From Zygnema circumcarinatum SAG 698-1b (taxonomy: Eukaryota; Plantae; Zygnematophyceae): DNA of 63,992 nucleotides. The stretch covers positions 1,302,001 to 1,365,992 of the forward strand of contig CM074820.1 of the NCBI GenBank assembly GCA_037447605.1, read 5' to 3'. The notes under the pieces were generated by a model. It saw nothing but the letters and a program-made list of their open reading frames with translations, did not search any database and had not been told where the DNA came from. Both the position numbers and the translations under genes were made by a program. Positions 50,701 through 63,934 of this stretch are shown in pieces (positions within the stretch are counted from its first letter, which is position 1; the number at the start of each line of letters is the position of its first letter).

Positions 50701-53700
50701 TGCTTTATGCATATTTCATATTCTGCTCCGGTTTACTTCGATCTATTAGCCCTCCTTTGGCACTGATGACGGCACAGGAAGCAGCTCTTTCAGGAAACTT
50801 CCGAAATGCTCAACAAAGGTGTGATGCTTTACCAATGCAGATAGATCCTTCACATGAATAGTTTATGCACTGACTTCTACCTCGACACAATTTAGCAGTG
50901 AGAGTGGGTTTGTTGTTTTCAGGGGTCGGTCTCGAAATGGCGAATTTGTTGCAGTGACTGTCGAACACATTATGACTTCTTTGGCCAGCACTTCTCTCGC
51001 AGAGTATAAGGCTGTACTGAACCTTGTTCCTTTTTCTGTTGCGGGTTGCAGACTCGTTGCCCATTCTGAAGAAGTGGCGTTCAATGATCCCCCTGGGGGA
51101 GACACTGAGCGTCTCATATTGAACGATCATCTGTACCGTCTGCTGCGCCATTCACGGCTCTCCTCCTACCAACGTTTCATTCAGCAGGTGGGCAGCTGAG
51201 GAGTTGCAATATTGTAGTTTAGCTGCCAATCTGGACCTTCCATTCTTCTCATTCGGAGAAACCTAATTATGAGGGTAGCCGAAGGAAAGCTTGTAACGTT
51301 TCCACTTTGACAGGCCCACGATAGTAAAGTTTTTGCTCCCAGATGAAAATGTTGGATAGGTTCAGGATCTTTTCACAAGAATCCACCCCAAAAATCTGCC
51401 AAACGCCAGGACATAGGAATGATGGAAACTTATCTTTGCCCTTATTGCGCACATCAAATGCTGAGATATAGACAGGTTTTGGTGGCTAAATCTCAACAGG
51501 AAATGGGTCATTCTGGGGAAGAAGCTCGGGGGAGTTGGGGGAACATTTTAGTGTCGTGTAACCGGGACCAGGATCAATGTCTCAACGATATTAAGCCAAT
51601 AGTGCTGCTCATGCGACGATGATGTCGATCGCTAACCATTTCTTGGACCAAGTTAGCGGATAATGTCAATAGTCTTGAAGTTCCTTTTCGCAGGTCTAAG
51701 AAGATGACTGGTTTCTATTGGTGAACAGTAAATAGTCTTGCTGTGATCGATGTGAATTGCGTATAAGTTTTGAAAAGGTTTATGTATCAACATTTTACCG
51801 GCTATTACTGAGTGCAACCTCAACTCGTGTAGGTGGCCGATGGCTATTTGGTGAAATATGCGGCATCCATCATTGGCTTGTCTGTTTATGCTGCACCAAT
51901 CTATTTCAGTAAGGTATGTGGACTTCCTTTGGTTGCAGAGTGCTAGCTGATTTCGAGCATATGGATGAATGGAATCCTTTTCCTTTTCCTTTCTTTTTCC
52001 TTTAAATGTTTTCTCAATCGTCTGAGAAGGAATGATGCGTACAGCATATGATTGTAGCGCATTTGACACCCTCATGTACTTGTTTCTTCTGACTGGACCT
52101 GCTCTAACGGGGTTTATGATCTTGGAACAGTCCAATTCCAAGTCCCTGACAGGGGAATACATTCGTGCGATGCGCCTGATGATGGTAAGCTTCGTTTTGC
52201 CACTGTTCTGTTGGAGGTATTCCGGTGTGAATGCGTTAAAGGGGTTCACATGCACTGCTTTAAAAATCCCTTGTATTTGTAAAAACGACAGTCTTTGAAT
52301 CTCGAACTCTGTCCTGGTTCATTGTGTAATTGCTAGAAGATAATAAAGCTTGCAGCCTGAAACTCGCTTCTTGGATTTCCAGAGACTTGCTTTGCTTGAA
52401 GTACTTGCTTCAAGACTTGGCTATCCGTACGTTCTATGGTGGTTTCACTTAGCTTTTAATTGCAGGCAGATGTTGATTAACCTCCCCTCTCTTTGAATGG
52501 GCAGAATACGTCATCAGCAGTGGGGCAGTTGGTTCTTGTTTACAAACGGGTGAACTCACTTGCTGGTGTTACTTCACGAGTCTCAGAGCTCCTCGAGTCG
52601 GTAAGTGTTGCAGCTTTTAACACATGAGATTAGTATGGAATGGTTCAATGTCGGGCACCTTTTTGTGTAAGAGAGGGCTGTAACATGATGACTTGACTAG
52701 ATGGGGGTGCTTTCCTCAAGGGAGGAGGAAAGGGAGGAAGGGAGGAAGGGAGGAAACGAGTAAACTGTTGAGCAGATAGAAAAGATTATTTTCCACAAGT
52801 AGCATGGCAATCAACCACTAAACTTTGGAATTAGCTCAGAGGCGAACATAGGTTTTTGAAAATACTGAACGAGACATAGACCCCATAATATGCCTTGTAA
52901 ATTTAATTTGCTTCGCGCACATGTAAATCAGGCGACATCAAGCTTGTTTGCTACTTCTGATGTTCGTCGGTTTCAAGTCCTGCACATTTTGGTAATGGAA
53001 TGAAGTGCTGCATTGGTTTCAGGGAAGTTTGTGAACTTCATATCATGTGTTTTCTTTGGCTTGAAATGTAGTGTAGCTGGGCTTTGGGTTTCCCGAACAA
53101 ATGGGAACTTCTCTATGTTCAAAATGCAGGTACGGCAGCTCAGTACAAAGGAGGGCCAGAAGAAGGCGAACATAATGAAGTCAATGCCAATTGATGAGGG
53201 CCGTCTAACGAGTGCAACCGAGGATCAGCTGCCTCCTCCGCCTCCTCCAAAGTACGAATATGCAAACAAGATCAGGTAAAGTATTCAGCTACATCATCAA
53301 TTGTCTTTCCTGAATGTCTAGTACAAACTGTATAAATGGAACTTGCTCTTTCAATGGTTGGTTAATGTTTGGAATCCAATTTGTGGGACTACATCCAAAG
53401 ATAGCCAGTTCTCTGACTTGGAATCCAAGCAAGTGTCAGCAAAACGTGTCTGCAAACTTTGGTCGGGGGTGGTTTCCACCCGTATGATTAATCCATTCAT
53501 GAACTTCCGCGCCAAAAGAGCAGAGGGATATCAAAATTGTATGCTGTGGAGTGCCTAGCCCCTTAATGGTCTGTTGGTTTATGTGATACTCGCAAAGATA
53601 CTCATACTTTGTATGTTTATGCTTTGGTCAGTTCTGAGTTAACTATGATTAATTGCCTATCCTTAAAGAACAGAGCTGAACGTGTATTGCACCGACTTCT

Positions 53701-55987
53701 TGGCTTATTTCGAATGTGTCTTTTTAGGTTTGAGAGAGTAACCATCTCTTCTCCTGATGGCACCGTACTTGTGAGGGAGCTGTCATTTGAAGTGCGAAGA
53801 GGCGAATCCGTTATTCTTATGGGCCCCAATGGAAGGTATTCTGATTTGATTTCTGCTCTCAATGTTCAACTACAGACACATGGAGAGGCGGTTGTTCTAC
53901 AGGAGTTCCTGTATAGATCGATGTTAGATGGCTCGTCCTCTTGCCAAGTAAGGTAAATGTTTACCCGCTTATATGAGGCTGATGTGGATGCAGTGGGAAG
54001 TCATCCCTTTTCCGAGTGCTGGCTGAGCTTTGGCCATTGCAGTGTGGCACCATTTGGAGGCCACCACGTGGGGATATCTTCTATCTTTCACAGGTGAATC
54101 CCTTGAAACTGCATGATCACTATGCAACGTGGGAGGGTTTTCTTGCAAGTTTTACCTTTTGTTGCAAAGGCCCTGAAGAAAGCTCAGCACAATCAGGAAT
54201 CATAATGCTCACAAAATGCATTTAACATTAAAAACTGCAAAATATGCGTATTATTGTATCTTCGACATCGTCTGACACATTTGAAAGTTTTCTTTTCGAG
54301 GTACTATGCTTCAAGCTTGTTGAGAGTGTGTTTCCTGTTTGATTTTCGCCTATATGTTTCACCTATATGTAGAGGGATGCTAAGTTGGACATTTGGTGAT
54401 GCTTGCCAGAAACCCTACGTGGTTCGTGGCACTTTGAGAGACCAAGTGCGGTATCCTGCTGTGCCAAAAAGTATAGCGAGAGCAGCTGCTCGCCATTATG
54501 GGCGGCAGCCCTTGCGAGCACAGCACGGGGAAGCGGAAAGAGAAGAAGACAACAGGGTGGCCGCTGCCCTTGAAGCTGCAGAGATTGGATATTTGATGCA
54601 GCGTGGAGAGGGGCTGGACCAGCTTCAGGTAGAGTCTACGTCGCTTTTCTGATAATGGGGCATGAATGTATCAGTTTGACTCTTAGTATGTATGGCTAGC
54701 TACGAGCCGTTTGTTTGCATTTTTTTGGAGAGAAAGGGACAATTAAATTCATATGATGTGTACACCACCTACTCTTTCACAAAGGATTTAACTGGGCCAT
54801 CGAGAAGCGTGTACCATTGTAAGCGCAAACTCAAGCAAGTAATTCATCGAATAGGAGGATACAGAGTTGACAACTGAGCAAAATTAGTGGTATTTTATCC
54901 GTAGGTGACTGTGTTTTATGCATCGTCAACTAGCAATGTTGAGTACCATCCTCGGAACTTAGTAGACTGTTGCTTTGGGCCAGGTTTAAGTTAAGGTATT
55001 TCTTATCTTCTAGTTTGGTGGCTTTGTCGCTTCAACTATTGTGCTTTTTTTTGAAGTTACAAATTCAGGATCCTTAGTATGTGGGGAATGTGTGCATGAA
55101 GTGCAGAATTGGGAGGAGACATTATCTGGAGGCGAAAGGCAACGGCTGGCAATTGCAAGAGTGCTTTTCCACAGACCAATGTATAGACATTCTGCCGCTG
55201 CCCTAGTCTAATCCTCGTCTTAAATATAGATGGCGCTGTTTTTCTAGAAGCTCTTGCCTCCCTTCCCTTTCATTGCTGATCTGAGTAATGCAAAGGTCTC
55301 CTATGGGAAGTTGATTTTTGCTCGATGTAACCAGCTGATGCATGACGAGTAGAATAATGGCATCGAAGCTGTGAAGCGAAGGGAAGGGATGTATACTTGC
55401 CTGTTCAACTGTTGCCTCTCTGCAATGGACGGTTGAACAAGAGCGTGTGCTGTTGCTGGTTTGTATATGCAGGTTTGCTGTATTGGACGAATGTACGTCG
55501 GCTGTGAGTGCTGATGGCGAAGATCATCTTTATCGGCAGCTGCAGATGGCCAGTATCACAATGCTTTCCATCGCCCACAGACCGGCACTCAAAAAGCGAG
55601 TTCTCAAAGCTGCCCTTTGTGCTATCTCTTTCAGGACAACGTTGATCTGGAAGGTTATGGGTTGCACTTCCATGTTGTTTCACTGTGTGGACAGAATTGC
55701 CAGAATGCCAGGCCATTCTTGCATTAGGATCAATAACATGAACAGCCGTATTCGAGTTTTTTTCTTCCAGCTTGTTTCATACTTGGCCTGCAATGGTCTT
55801 TGACAGGCTATGTATGAGAGAAAATCGTGAATTTTGCAGTCTACCGATCGCCTTCTAAATGAGTTCTTCAGGCGACATTTGGAATGGTTGCAGGTATCAT
55901 CAGTACGTCCTCACGTTCGATGGGAGCCTTGCAGGAAAGGGCTGGTCGTACAACTCTCTGACAGAGCACCTCGATGAGCAGTTCTAG
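47738..55987 (+). CDS. Half-size ABC transporter, subfamily D (PMP70/ALDP-like, probably peroxisomal); ~17 exons
   Basis: VDRLFAKRLAEIIRI, FRQRLTEYLH, NADQ-RIAEDV, KPVLDI, HSEEVAFNDPPGG (EAA-like loop), GPNG-SGKSSLFR, QKPY..GTLRDQVRYP, LSGGERQRL, LDECTSAVS, SIAHRP, YHQYVLTFDG...*; one TMD and one NBD. Confidence 0.92.
49589..49721. mobile_element. MITE, 133 bp, in an ABCD intron
   Basis: TAGGGGATGTCAGACTTAA (49589-49607) and TTAAGTCTGACAACCCCTA (49703-49721), 18/19 inverted match. Confidence 0.7.
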
Positions 55988-57345
55988 AGGCATTTTTACT
56001 CTCACTCCCCTTTTTCCAAAAAGCCGGAGGCTTGTTGTGCGCTCGGCCTTAAAAGTACTGACTTGTTGGAGGAGCGCAGCAGACTCGCGGTTTAAAACCA
56101 CAGACGATGCTTGCAGGAGCGGTTTCGTCGTATGCAAAGTTGATAGAACGGGGGGGGGGGGGAAGGTGTGGTAGAAAAAGGGAGGAAAAAGGGGGAAGGC
56201 GAGGGGTGAGAGAGTGAGAGGGGTGGAGGGTGGCTGGCCCGTAGTCCAATGGCAAGATATTTGTTTCCAGTGGTTAGGGAAGATTTTTCATTGTACAATG
56301 ATAGGTACTGTCTATTGCTGCTCTGTGTATATTCTCTACGAAGGCATGTTGGTAGCTTTCATCTTGAACTTCATAGTGACCAGCCTCATAGGCTTGGGTA
56401 GTCGTAGGATTCGTCATAGTTCTGGCTAAGAAAGAGACGATGAAGTCGCTTATGGTGGAATAATGAAGGGGCTCATTTTAAAGTGCTTGCAGGTGCGGAA
56501 GTCGAGCTAAGGGTGGCTGTGAGAGTCGTTTCTTGTTTTGTTTCCTCTTTTTCCCACTTCCCCTCCTCCCTCCTTTAAAAAAGATGCTGGCAATGTGGGG
56601 TTTGATTGAATGACTATGCACATGGATCGTAAAATTGGCCCAAATATCGCAGAACCTGGGATTGAAACTTTGAATATAGAGTCTGAAGTTTGCAGCCTTA
56701 GAGCGTATTACCTAAAGTTCTAGATCTTGAGAGCACAAGGCAGGCCTCGCAAGGCCTCGAAATTCATCTCTCTTGTGCAGTTAATTAAGCCCACAGTTAT
56801 AATGTAAGTTTCCCGTTCTGTGCTTCTTCACTTTCTTCCCCATTTTTTTTTGGGTTCCGACCGGCGTTGAAAGAACGAGTTCAAAGTCAACAACATTGAA
56901 GATACGATGTCCCATGGCCATGGGGCCATGGCCCTGGGGTCATGTCCTGTTTACCAGGCGCATCAACCTTCCGGGTGAATCAACCCTCCAGTTGGATCAA
57001 CCACTTTGAACTTCGAGCAATATTGGTTCAACCACACTCATGGGGTTCGTTAACCGCACTCGATATCCGTTGGATCTTTTTGATCGACCAATTTGATACG
57101 CGCTTCCTGCCTGAGAAGTGCTCCTTTAACCTGAACGTGGCGCCATGGCTTGGCCGCCCCCTAAACCACACGAGCCACGTCACAAACCACAAACCCAGTT
57201 TTCATTGGCTCCGGTTTTTTTCCAAAAAAACCAAGTTTCTTTCCAAAAACCGTAAACCACAAAACTCGGGCGCAAACCACAAACTGAAAACGTCGCCCCC
57301 CGTTCCAGTTTCCACTATGGCCCTCGCCTCGCCTGGGAGCGACCT

Positions 57346-57399
57346 CCAATGGTTTTTCGCCACGTATGCAATATTGTACACGTGGCGAGTGATCATTGG
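57346..57399. promoter_or_regulatory. Inverted ERSE-I dyad (copy 6) upstream of the RING ligase gene
   Basis: CCAAT ggtttttcg CCACG, 16 nt, CGTGG cgagtgatc ATTGG; both halves perfect. Confidence 0.6.
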
Positions 57400-57586
57400 A
57401 GCTATTAGTTTGCAAGGGAGAAACGCTTACGGTATTTCGCTCCGCCTCCCTCCCCCCTCTCCTCTGTTCTCCCTCCCCCTCCGTCGCCACTCTCCGTAGG
57501 GCCATAGCACGGGAGGCCGCTCTCTTCGCTCTGCTCGGCGCTCCTCTCGCCTCTCTCTCCCCGCAGACCGCTGCGCAGAAGAGAGC

Positions 57587-60500
57587 ATGGCGAACCATGG
57601 CGCAAACCCTGGCAGCTTACTTCCCTGCACGAAGCTTCAAGCTCCAGCGGAGAGTTCTCAGGAGGAGCTTGCTGCAGGGGCGGAGCCAGGCAGCCCGGAA
57701 TGTTGTAGCTGCGCTGGGGAGGGGCAGCAAGGAAAGGGAAGTCGGAACAAGCGCAAGTATAGATCAGAGTGTGCCTCTGCCGCTGCGCTTCATCAGGAGG
57801 GCGCTCCTGGAGCAGGAATTGAGGGAGCTCTTCACGAAGCAGAGTCAAGTACTTCCAGCTCCGAATTTTGTAATGATGTTGATGCAAAACCTGCAGTGCC
57901 ACCTCCTTCCCCGAGCACGGATGTAAGCACTCCTGCAGCTGCAGGCGCAGCAAGTTCTGCAGCGAAGGGGCATCCTTTCCCGGACGACGTTCGCATGATA
58001 CCGAGATGGCTCTGCCAGAATATTAGTATTCCCTTCTTGAGACCGGGTGGAAGAGTTAGCGAGGAGGATGTGCAGCGCCCTGATGAGGCAAACTTGAGAC
58101 TGGGATGTACTCAGGGGCCACCAAGTGTGGCTGGCTGTTCAGAATTGACAAGGGAACTTGAACAAAAGTCAGAAGATAGTAAAAAGTTGGAGAGTGTTGG
58201 AGAGAATGTAAGCAGCAAGATTGCTCCAGCTGGAGAGTTGCTCGGGACTTCAAGTAAGAGCAAAGCGGTGGTATCCGATCATGATCTTAGGGCTACATGT
58301 GGATGGGATAAGAGCACTGAAGCCAAGCTTGAGGAACTTCTATTGGAAAAGCTTGGTACAGTTTGTGGCGAAGCTGTTGTCAAGATTGTTGCCTTAGGCT
58401 ACGACTTGAAGGACGCAAAGGATGCAGTAGCGAAGCATGGCAGCTGTTATGGTGAGAAAGACGCTCTCTCCAATGTTGTAAGCAACGTGCTCAATCCAGC
58501 GAACAGAGTGGAGTCTAGCAGCTCGCCGGTGGACGTACAACGCAGTGCTTTGGCCAAACTGGTAAGTGCATTACAGGCTAAACGTCGGCCGCAACTCAGT
58601 CGCGGAGATGCCATGTGGTGCCTCCTCATGTGCGACTTGGACATCAACAAGGCATGTGATGTGGAGCTCGATCCGTTGCATAATGCGAGGGATCCACATG
58701 GTTCGTCTACTGTTGGCAAGGATATCTGTAAGGCAGCTGGAGCCAGGGCAGTTCCGAATGCTGCACAGCAACATTCACAGAGCCAGAACACAGCAGTTTC
58801 CTCCAGCACTGCAACAGGTGGGATTTGATCAAGTTCCTCTCTCCTAGTTGTCCCTTGCTTGTGAATTTTTTTTTTCCTGGTTGAACTGAGTTGTGAGTTA
58901 CTGCATGATTGAGTTTGGGGAGAAGCTGAGCATTGGAAACGGCGCCTGAAAGTCAGTCTGCACAGTAAGGGCATGCATGAGCAGGATGCGAGTAGTGCCG
59001 TCGCAACGTGCCGTCAAATTTTGCAAAAAGTTTCATCCTCGTGACTGTGCTGCCCCTGAAACAATTGGTGTGCCAACTACAGGAGCTACTGCCGGAACTG
59101 CAAAAGTCAAGCACAAGCAGCTCAATGGAACATCTGGAACTGGCAAGTCTTCAGCGCAAGCCAGCAAGGATGAGATTGCGAAATCACTTCCTTCGTTGAG
59201 GAATTTAGAGAGGTCCGATTCTGGACCTGCTGTTGTGAAAGCATGCATGGAGGCGATATTAGGAGCCGGTGTTTCCATTCCTTCCCAAGATATGAACCTT
59301 GGAAGTGTTACACAGAGTGGCATGGCGGGCCTTCAGGCGGCTGTAGAGGCTGTGGCTGCTCAGGCAGTGGGACATGGGATTGAATCTGGTCACCTCACAG
59401 GCCCGGTAGCGCGGCAAATGGCAGGGCAGTTAGCGAGCAAGGTGTTAGGAAAATCAACAGGGCAAACTAGCAGGGAGGTGGACGAGGATAATCAAAAGCA
59501 ACGTCAAAGCGTCGCTCCAGATGTATCGAACTGCAAGAACCCCAACCCTTCTTTAATGCAGCAGATTTTCTCATCAACAGGGGGTCGTCCAAAGCAGCAA
59601 GTTGATGGCTCCCATGTAGGACAGTTGCCAGAAGAACATTCAGCTGTTTTAGGCCGGCCATCTGATGATGCCTCCGTTTCATCTACACCCCCATCCCACA
59701 CTGCGCTAGGCAGCACGGTAACTGCAAATGATGCGCCTGGAGTTGTAGATGCAGATGGGGCCCACCTCAAGGACGCTGCCACTGATACTCGTCTTCCAGT
59801 ATCTCTGGAGAGAAGCAGCTCGTCTGTCTCCAGTGGCGAACGCAAAGGCATGAAGCAACCACATGGGGCCTCCCTAGATGGCGGGCAGAACGGAGTACTC
59901 GATGGAGATCTACAGGAAGGAGCATGCCTGAATGAGCCTTCGATACGCGAGGGAGTAGAAAGTGTAGCTGGAGTTGTTGCCCGGTTCGACAGATTAAATG
60001 CCACCCATTCAGCTGTGCTCGAGCAGTGCGTACTATTGGAGAAACGAGTGGTGGAGTTGGAGGCGCAGTCAGAAGAGAAGAGGGACAAGAGACAGCAGCA
60101 GGTGGAGCAGCGCATTCAGGAACTGGAGCAGCTACTTGAGGAGCGCAACGAATGGGCTCAGCAGAAGGTGGGACTCCAAACTGGAGGGTCACTTCACCCC
60201 AGTTCAATCTGCTTGGATTTTCTGAATGGCGGATTTCAACGTTTGATACGTCTGAGGTCTGGCGGTGATGGCATTATAGAGTAGTTTATAGTTGCGTTTG
60301 GTTGCTTTTACGAACTTTTGGCTCCTTTCTGCAAAATGACTGCGTATTGGAAGTATCCTTTAAAGGTATTGCGCGAGTAGATATAAAATGTAGATAAGGG
60401 GTAAAAGGGAAGAGGTTGGATTCACGTAAGTGGTTGGTCCACTCGTGAGAAGGTACAATTCCCAGCCAAAACCATAGTCAGTAACCTCCGTTTTTTGAGG

Positions 60501-62247
60501 GACCTCACGCACTGGAAGCATTGTCAGGAACACTCTGAAATGCTAATCCATTCTGATGTCAAGTCTAATTGTTATGGTGAGTCTCACATAATGGAGCAGG
60601 TAGGATTTGCAGGTTATGCAAGCTGCTCGCCGGCTGCTTAAAGACAGTGCCGAGCTCAAGGCTCTGCGAGCGGAGCGGGATGAGGCGGCTCGTATAAAGA
60701 AGGAGAGAGCGGCATTGGAGGACACTTTAAGGAAAGCTTCAGGGCAGGTGGATCGCGCCAATGCAGCCGTACGACGACTAGAAAGTGAGAATGCAGAGGT
60801 GTGTATCAGCCAGTTGTCCCATTTTTTGCGTATGTCCATGTGGAGAACACATTCAGGATTCTTTTAACCAATTGAAATGTCGATATCCTAGTCTGTGGTT
60901 ATTGGCACCTTCATCCAGTTTTTATGGAGTCTCTTTTTTTTTCGCCTGTACGATGCCGTTTTCGCAGAAAAATGTTGAAGTATTAGGTTGGTCATTTTTT
61001 AATTCTCTATCCAACTTTGAAACCCTTTCTATTTGTTCGTCCTAAAATTCAGAGTGGAGTGAGATGAACAGCAGAGGTGGAAGCAGAGAGGTTCCGTGGC
61101 ACAACACTACAGGTTAATTTGGTATAAGTAACCTGTTGTAGGGGGTGTAGGTTGACTCGGTTGCCTGAAATTGGTCAATTTGTTATTGCTCACTGGTTCT
61201 GTTTTGTCAAATTTTCAGATGCGTGCAGAAATGCAGGCTGCGAATCTGCGAGCGAATGAAGCCGCGTTGAAGTTAGCTGAGGGGGCAAAACGGGAAGGGA
61301 AGACATTGAAGAAGATACAGGCATGGGAACGGCAGAAGGTGAAACTGCAGGTCAGTGTCCTGTTCTATAATCTTTCCGGGGTGAAACTACCCATGTAACA
61401 TCAATCTCCTGCTCCGTTCAAGCAGTGCCAAGCGACAAACCACGTTCAAGCATAACTGACTTTTCGCACTATTGATTTAGATCTTTCAGTGATCGTCTCG
61501 TTAGCTGGCTACCTTCTTTGTATATCCTGCTTGAATTGTTTGGCAACTTGGTCTGCTTGACTCTGCCTATCTTGATGAAAACAGCATGAGTATTGTGTTC
61601 TATTTCTGGGACATTTTTATAGCCAGACTAAGCGTTGATATGGATCATTTCCTTATCAGGAAGAATGTGTCGAAGAGAGACGCAAGGTTCAACTTTCCAA
61701 GCAGGAGAGCGCCCAGGCCAAGGAGCGGCAATTGCAGGCTGAGGTTCATTGGCGACAGGAGGAGAAAGCGAAGGAAGAGGCTTTAGCCAGGGCAGAGGTT
61801 GAGAAACGAGCTAAGGAGCAGGTAGAAGCTGCAGCGAAGAGGAGGGAAGAAGGCTTACGCCGGAAGGCAGAGGCAGATAGCTTGCGCTATCGGGAGGATA
61901 TTGAGAGGCTGGAACGGGAGATAGCACAGCTCCGTTGGGCTGCAGGAGCATCTCTATTCAGCGCAGCTCCTGTTCTTGAAACAGACTCCGGCGTGGTCCA
62001 TACTCTGCAAGATACTGTATCCAGCCGGCTCCAAGAAAAGCCCGAGTTAAATGAAGGAAACTCTGTTCGACGCGAAAGGGAGTGTGTTATGTGTATGAGT
62101 GAAGAAGGCTCTGTGGTGTTTCTACCCTGCGCCCACCAAGTGGTTTGCAGGATGTGCAATAGCCTCCACGAGCAGAGGGGAATGAGGGACTGCCCTTCAT
62201 GCCGTACTCCTATTCAGCAGAGAATTCGTGTATTTGGGGCGTCTTAG
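57587..62247 (+). CDS. RF298/PIR/MIP1-family E3 ubiquitin ligase (coiled coil + C-terminal C3HC4 RING); ~5 exons
   Basis: KGSRNKRKYRSE, LSRGDAMWCLLMCD, EWAQQK-VMQAARRL, EMQAANLRA, RECVMCMSEEGSVVFLPCAHQVVCRMCNSLHEQRGMRDCPSCRTPIQQRIRV. Confidence 0.9.
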
Positions 62248-62989
62248 CTTCCTAAGGGCTTACAAGGACAACAGCCTTTGATGCTGAGGAGGCCTTCCTA
62301 CTACCTGTCAGGTTGTATCAATAACGGATGGACTTCAGGGGGAGACCAAGTGGGAGATTCTCTCTCTGAGGATAGCAGAGGAGGTGCTGCTGTTTGCACT
62401 CGAGGTGTTTTGTGGCGTTTCTCTGAACTTTTTATTCTGCTCCAGGCAGTCGCTCTCGCTTGCAGTCTCTCTGACATTGTCAAGACAACTTTTTTGCTGC
62501 GATAAAGGACGCCCTGCCTGCTGCGCTTTGTTTCTGCAGCCATTGGTTCTATGGATGAAAAAATTCTCGCTCTAAAGAGCGGAATTTTGTGGTGGAAATG
62601 GTTTATGCTTGCTGCTTTGTATTGGGCACGACTCCTTTGCCCGGCCAAAGGCATGATTTTCCATAATGTTCAGAAGGTTGGTCTGTCCTGTAATTGGTTG
62701 ACATGGGACTTCAATCGCATGTCTCGGACAAAGGTGTTGGATTTTAAGTTCGGGCATCAGATGTGGAGAAAAAGAGTTTCCCCCCTTGATTGGGGAGAAA
62801 GTCCTGATAACCGCTGGAGACTGGCCTCTCTCAAAAAGTCTGTACGTGTGGCAATTTCATATAGGGCGTGGCTCACCCCAAATGCAAGTAACCGAAGATC
62901 CTCAAGTGTGTGCAGCTCATTAGTACATTTGTATGCTCTAAGTTGCACAAGTCAATTCCACGTGCTCGTCATCTGACCTAGATTGAAAG

Positions 62990-63215
62990 GGGGGAAAAAG
63001 CCGGCGAGGGGGGAGGAGGTGGGGGGGGGGGGGGNNNNNNNNNNGAGGGAGAGAGGGGGGGAGGTGTGGTGGGGATGAGGGAGAGGGAGAGTGGGAGAGG
63101 TGAAGAATTTACGGGGAGGGGGAGGGAAGAGGGCGGGGGCAAGAGGGAGAGGAGGGGGGGTGGGGAAAGAAGAGTGACGAAAGGGGGGAGGGATGGGGGA
63201 GGGGGCGGGGGCGGA
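62990..63215. other. G/purine-rich low-complexity tract containing a 10-N assembly gap (63035-63044)
   Basis: Direct reading; many G3+ runs, so G-quadruplex potential, but the sequence may be of low quality. Confidence 0.85.
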
Positions 63216-63241
63216 CATTCGGGAGTAAGGCATTGAAGTCT

Positions 63242-63385
63242 ATGTTCGGAGACATGCTCATGCGGTGGCGCGACGACCGACTCGAACTTTCAAGGTGTGC
63301 GGGCTCCGCGGGATGGCGGGTATATGGTCAAGCACATGAGCACAGCGCCAAGCAGGTCGACATTGACCAGTCCAACAAAAGGGCA
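63242..63385 (+). pseudogene. Degraded fragment of a 2OG-Fe(II) oxygenase
   Basis: Reads FGDMLMRWRDDRL, then after a frameshift NFQGVRAPRDG, and later DQSNK; resembles the GD(M/L)LxRWxxD..HRV segment of the family. Confidence 0.45.
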
Positions 63386-63757
63386 TCGACTGGTGCATGA
63401 TTCGACTCTTGTATTGAGTAATTTCAGTCGGCACTTGGCTAAGACTGTGAACTTATACAGCCTGTAGTTGGTTTAAGTTATATTATCACGTAGAACCATA
63501 CAATGTGCGCTGTCCGAAAGCACCATCCGAAAGCACACCTCTCCTCTTCTAAGTGCTATATTAAATATATATATTCTCTATATCACGAGATTATATTACT
63601 ATGAAACACAGGAACTATATGATTCGGATTTCACTACGAGTTGCTAAGGCCCTCTTTTGACATCGTCTCTCTTTAAAGCTTCCGCATGGATGCCGCATAT
63701 TAACCAACAACTCAACCACGGTACTAGTACTTGTAATCATATAAAGCGCCGCCTTAT

Positions 63758-63934
63758 CTAGACCTCCGCCTTGAGAGCCTGCTGCAGACGGAGCTTCTCC
63801 GCCATGTCGTAGTTGCGCTTCATCGCCTCAAGGAGGAAGGCTCCGCCCGTGACGGGCGGATACTTCCTCAGAGGGCCTTCGATCACAGAGCTTTTGTTGG
63901 CCTGGTTGAAGTACGCAAGGCTGTACCGCGCTCC
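63758..63934 (-). CDS. Last exon of a 2-oxoglutarate/Fe(II)-dependent dioxygenase (rest of the gene lies beyond the window)
   Basis: tgcag acceptor, then GARYSLAYFNQANKSSVIEGP..KYPPVTGGAFL; RxS 2OG-binding motif of the IPNS/DIOX fold. Confidence 0.75.
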   Translation of the reverse strand, partial: GARYSLAYFNQANKSSVIEGPLRKYPPVTGGAFLLEAMKRNYDMAEKLRLQQALKAEV

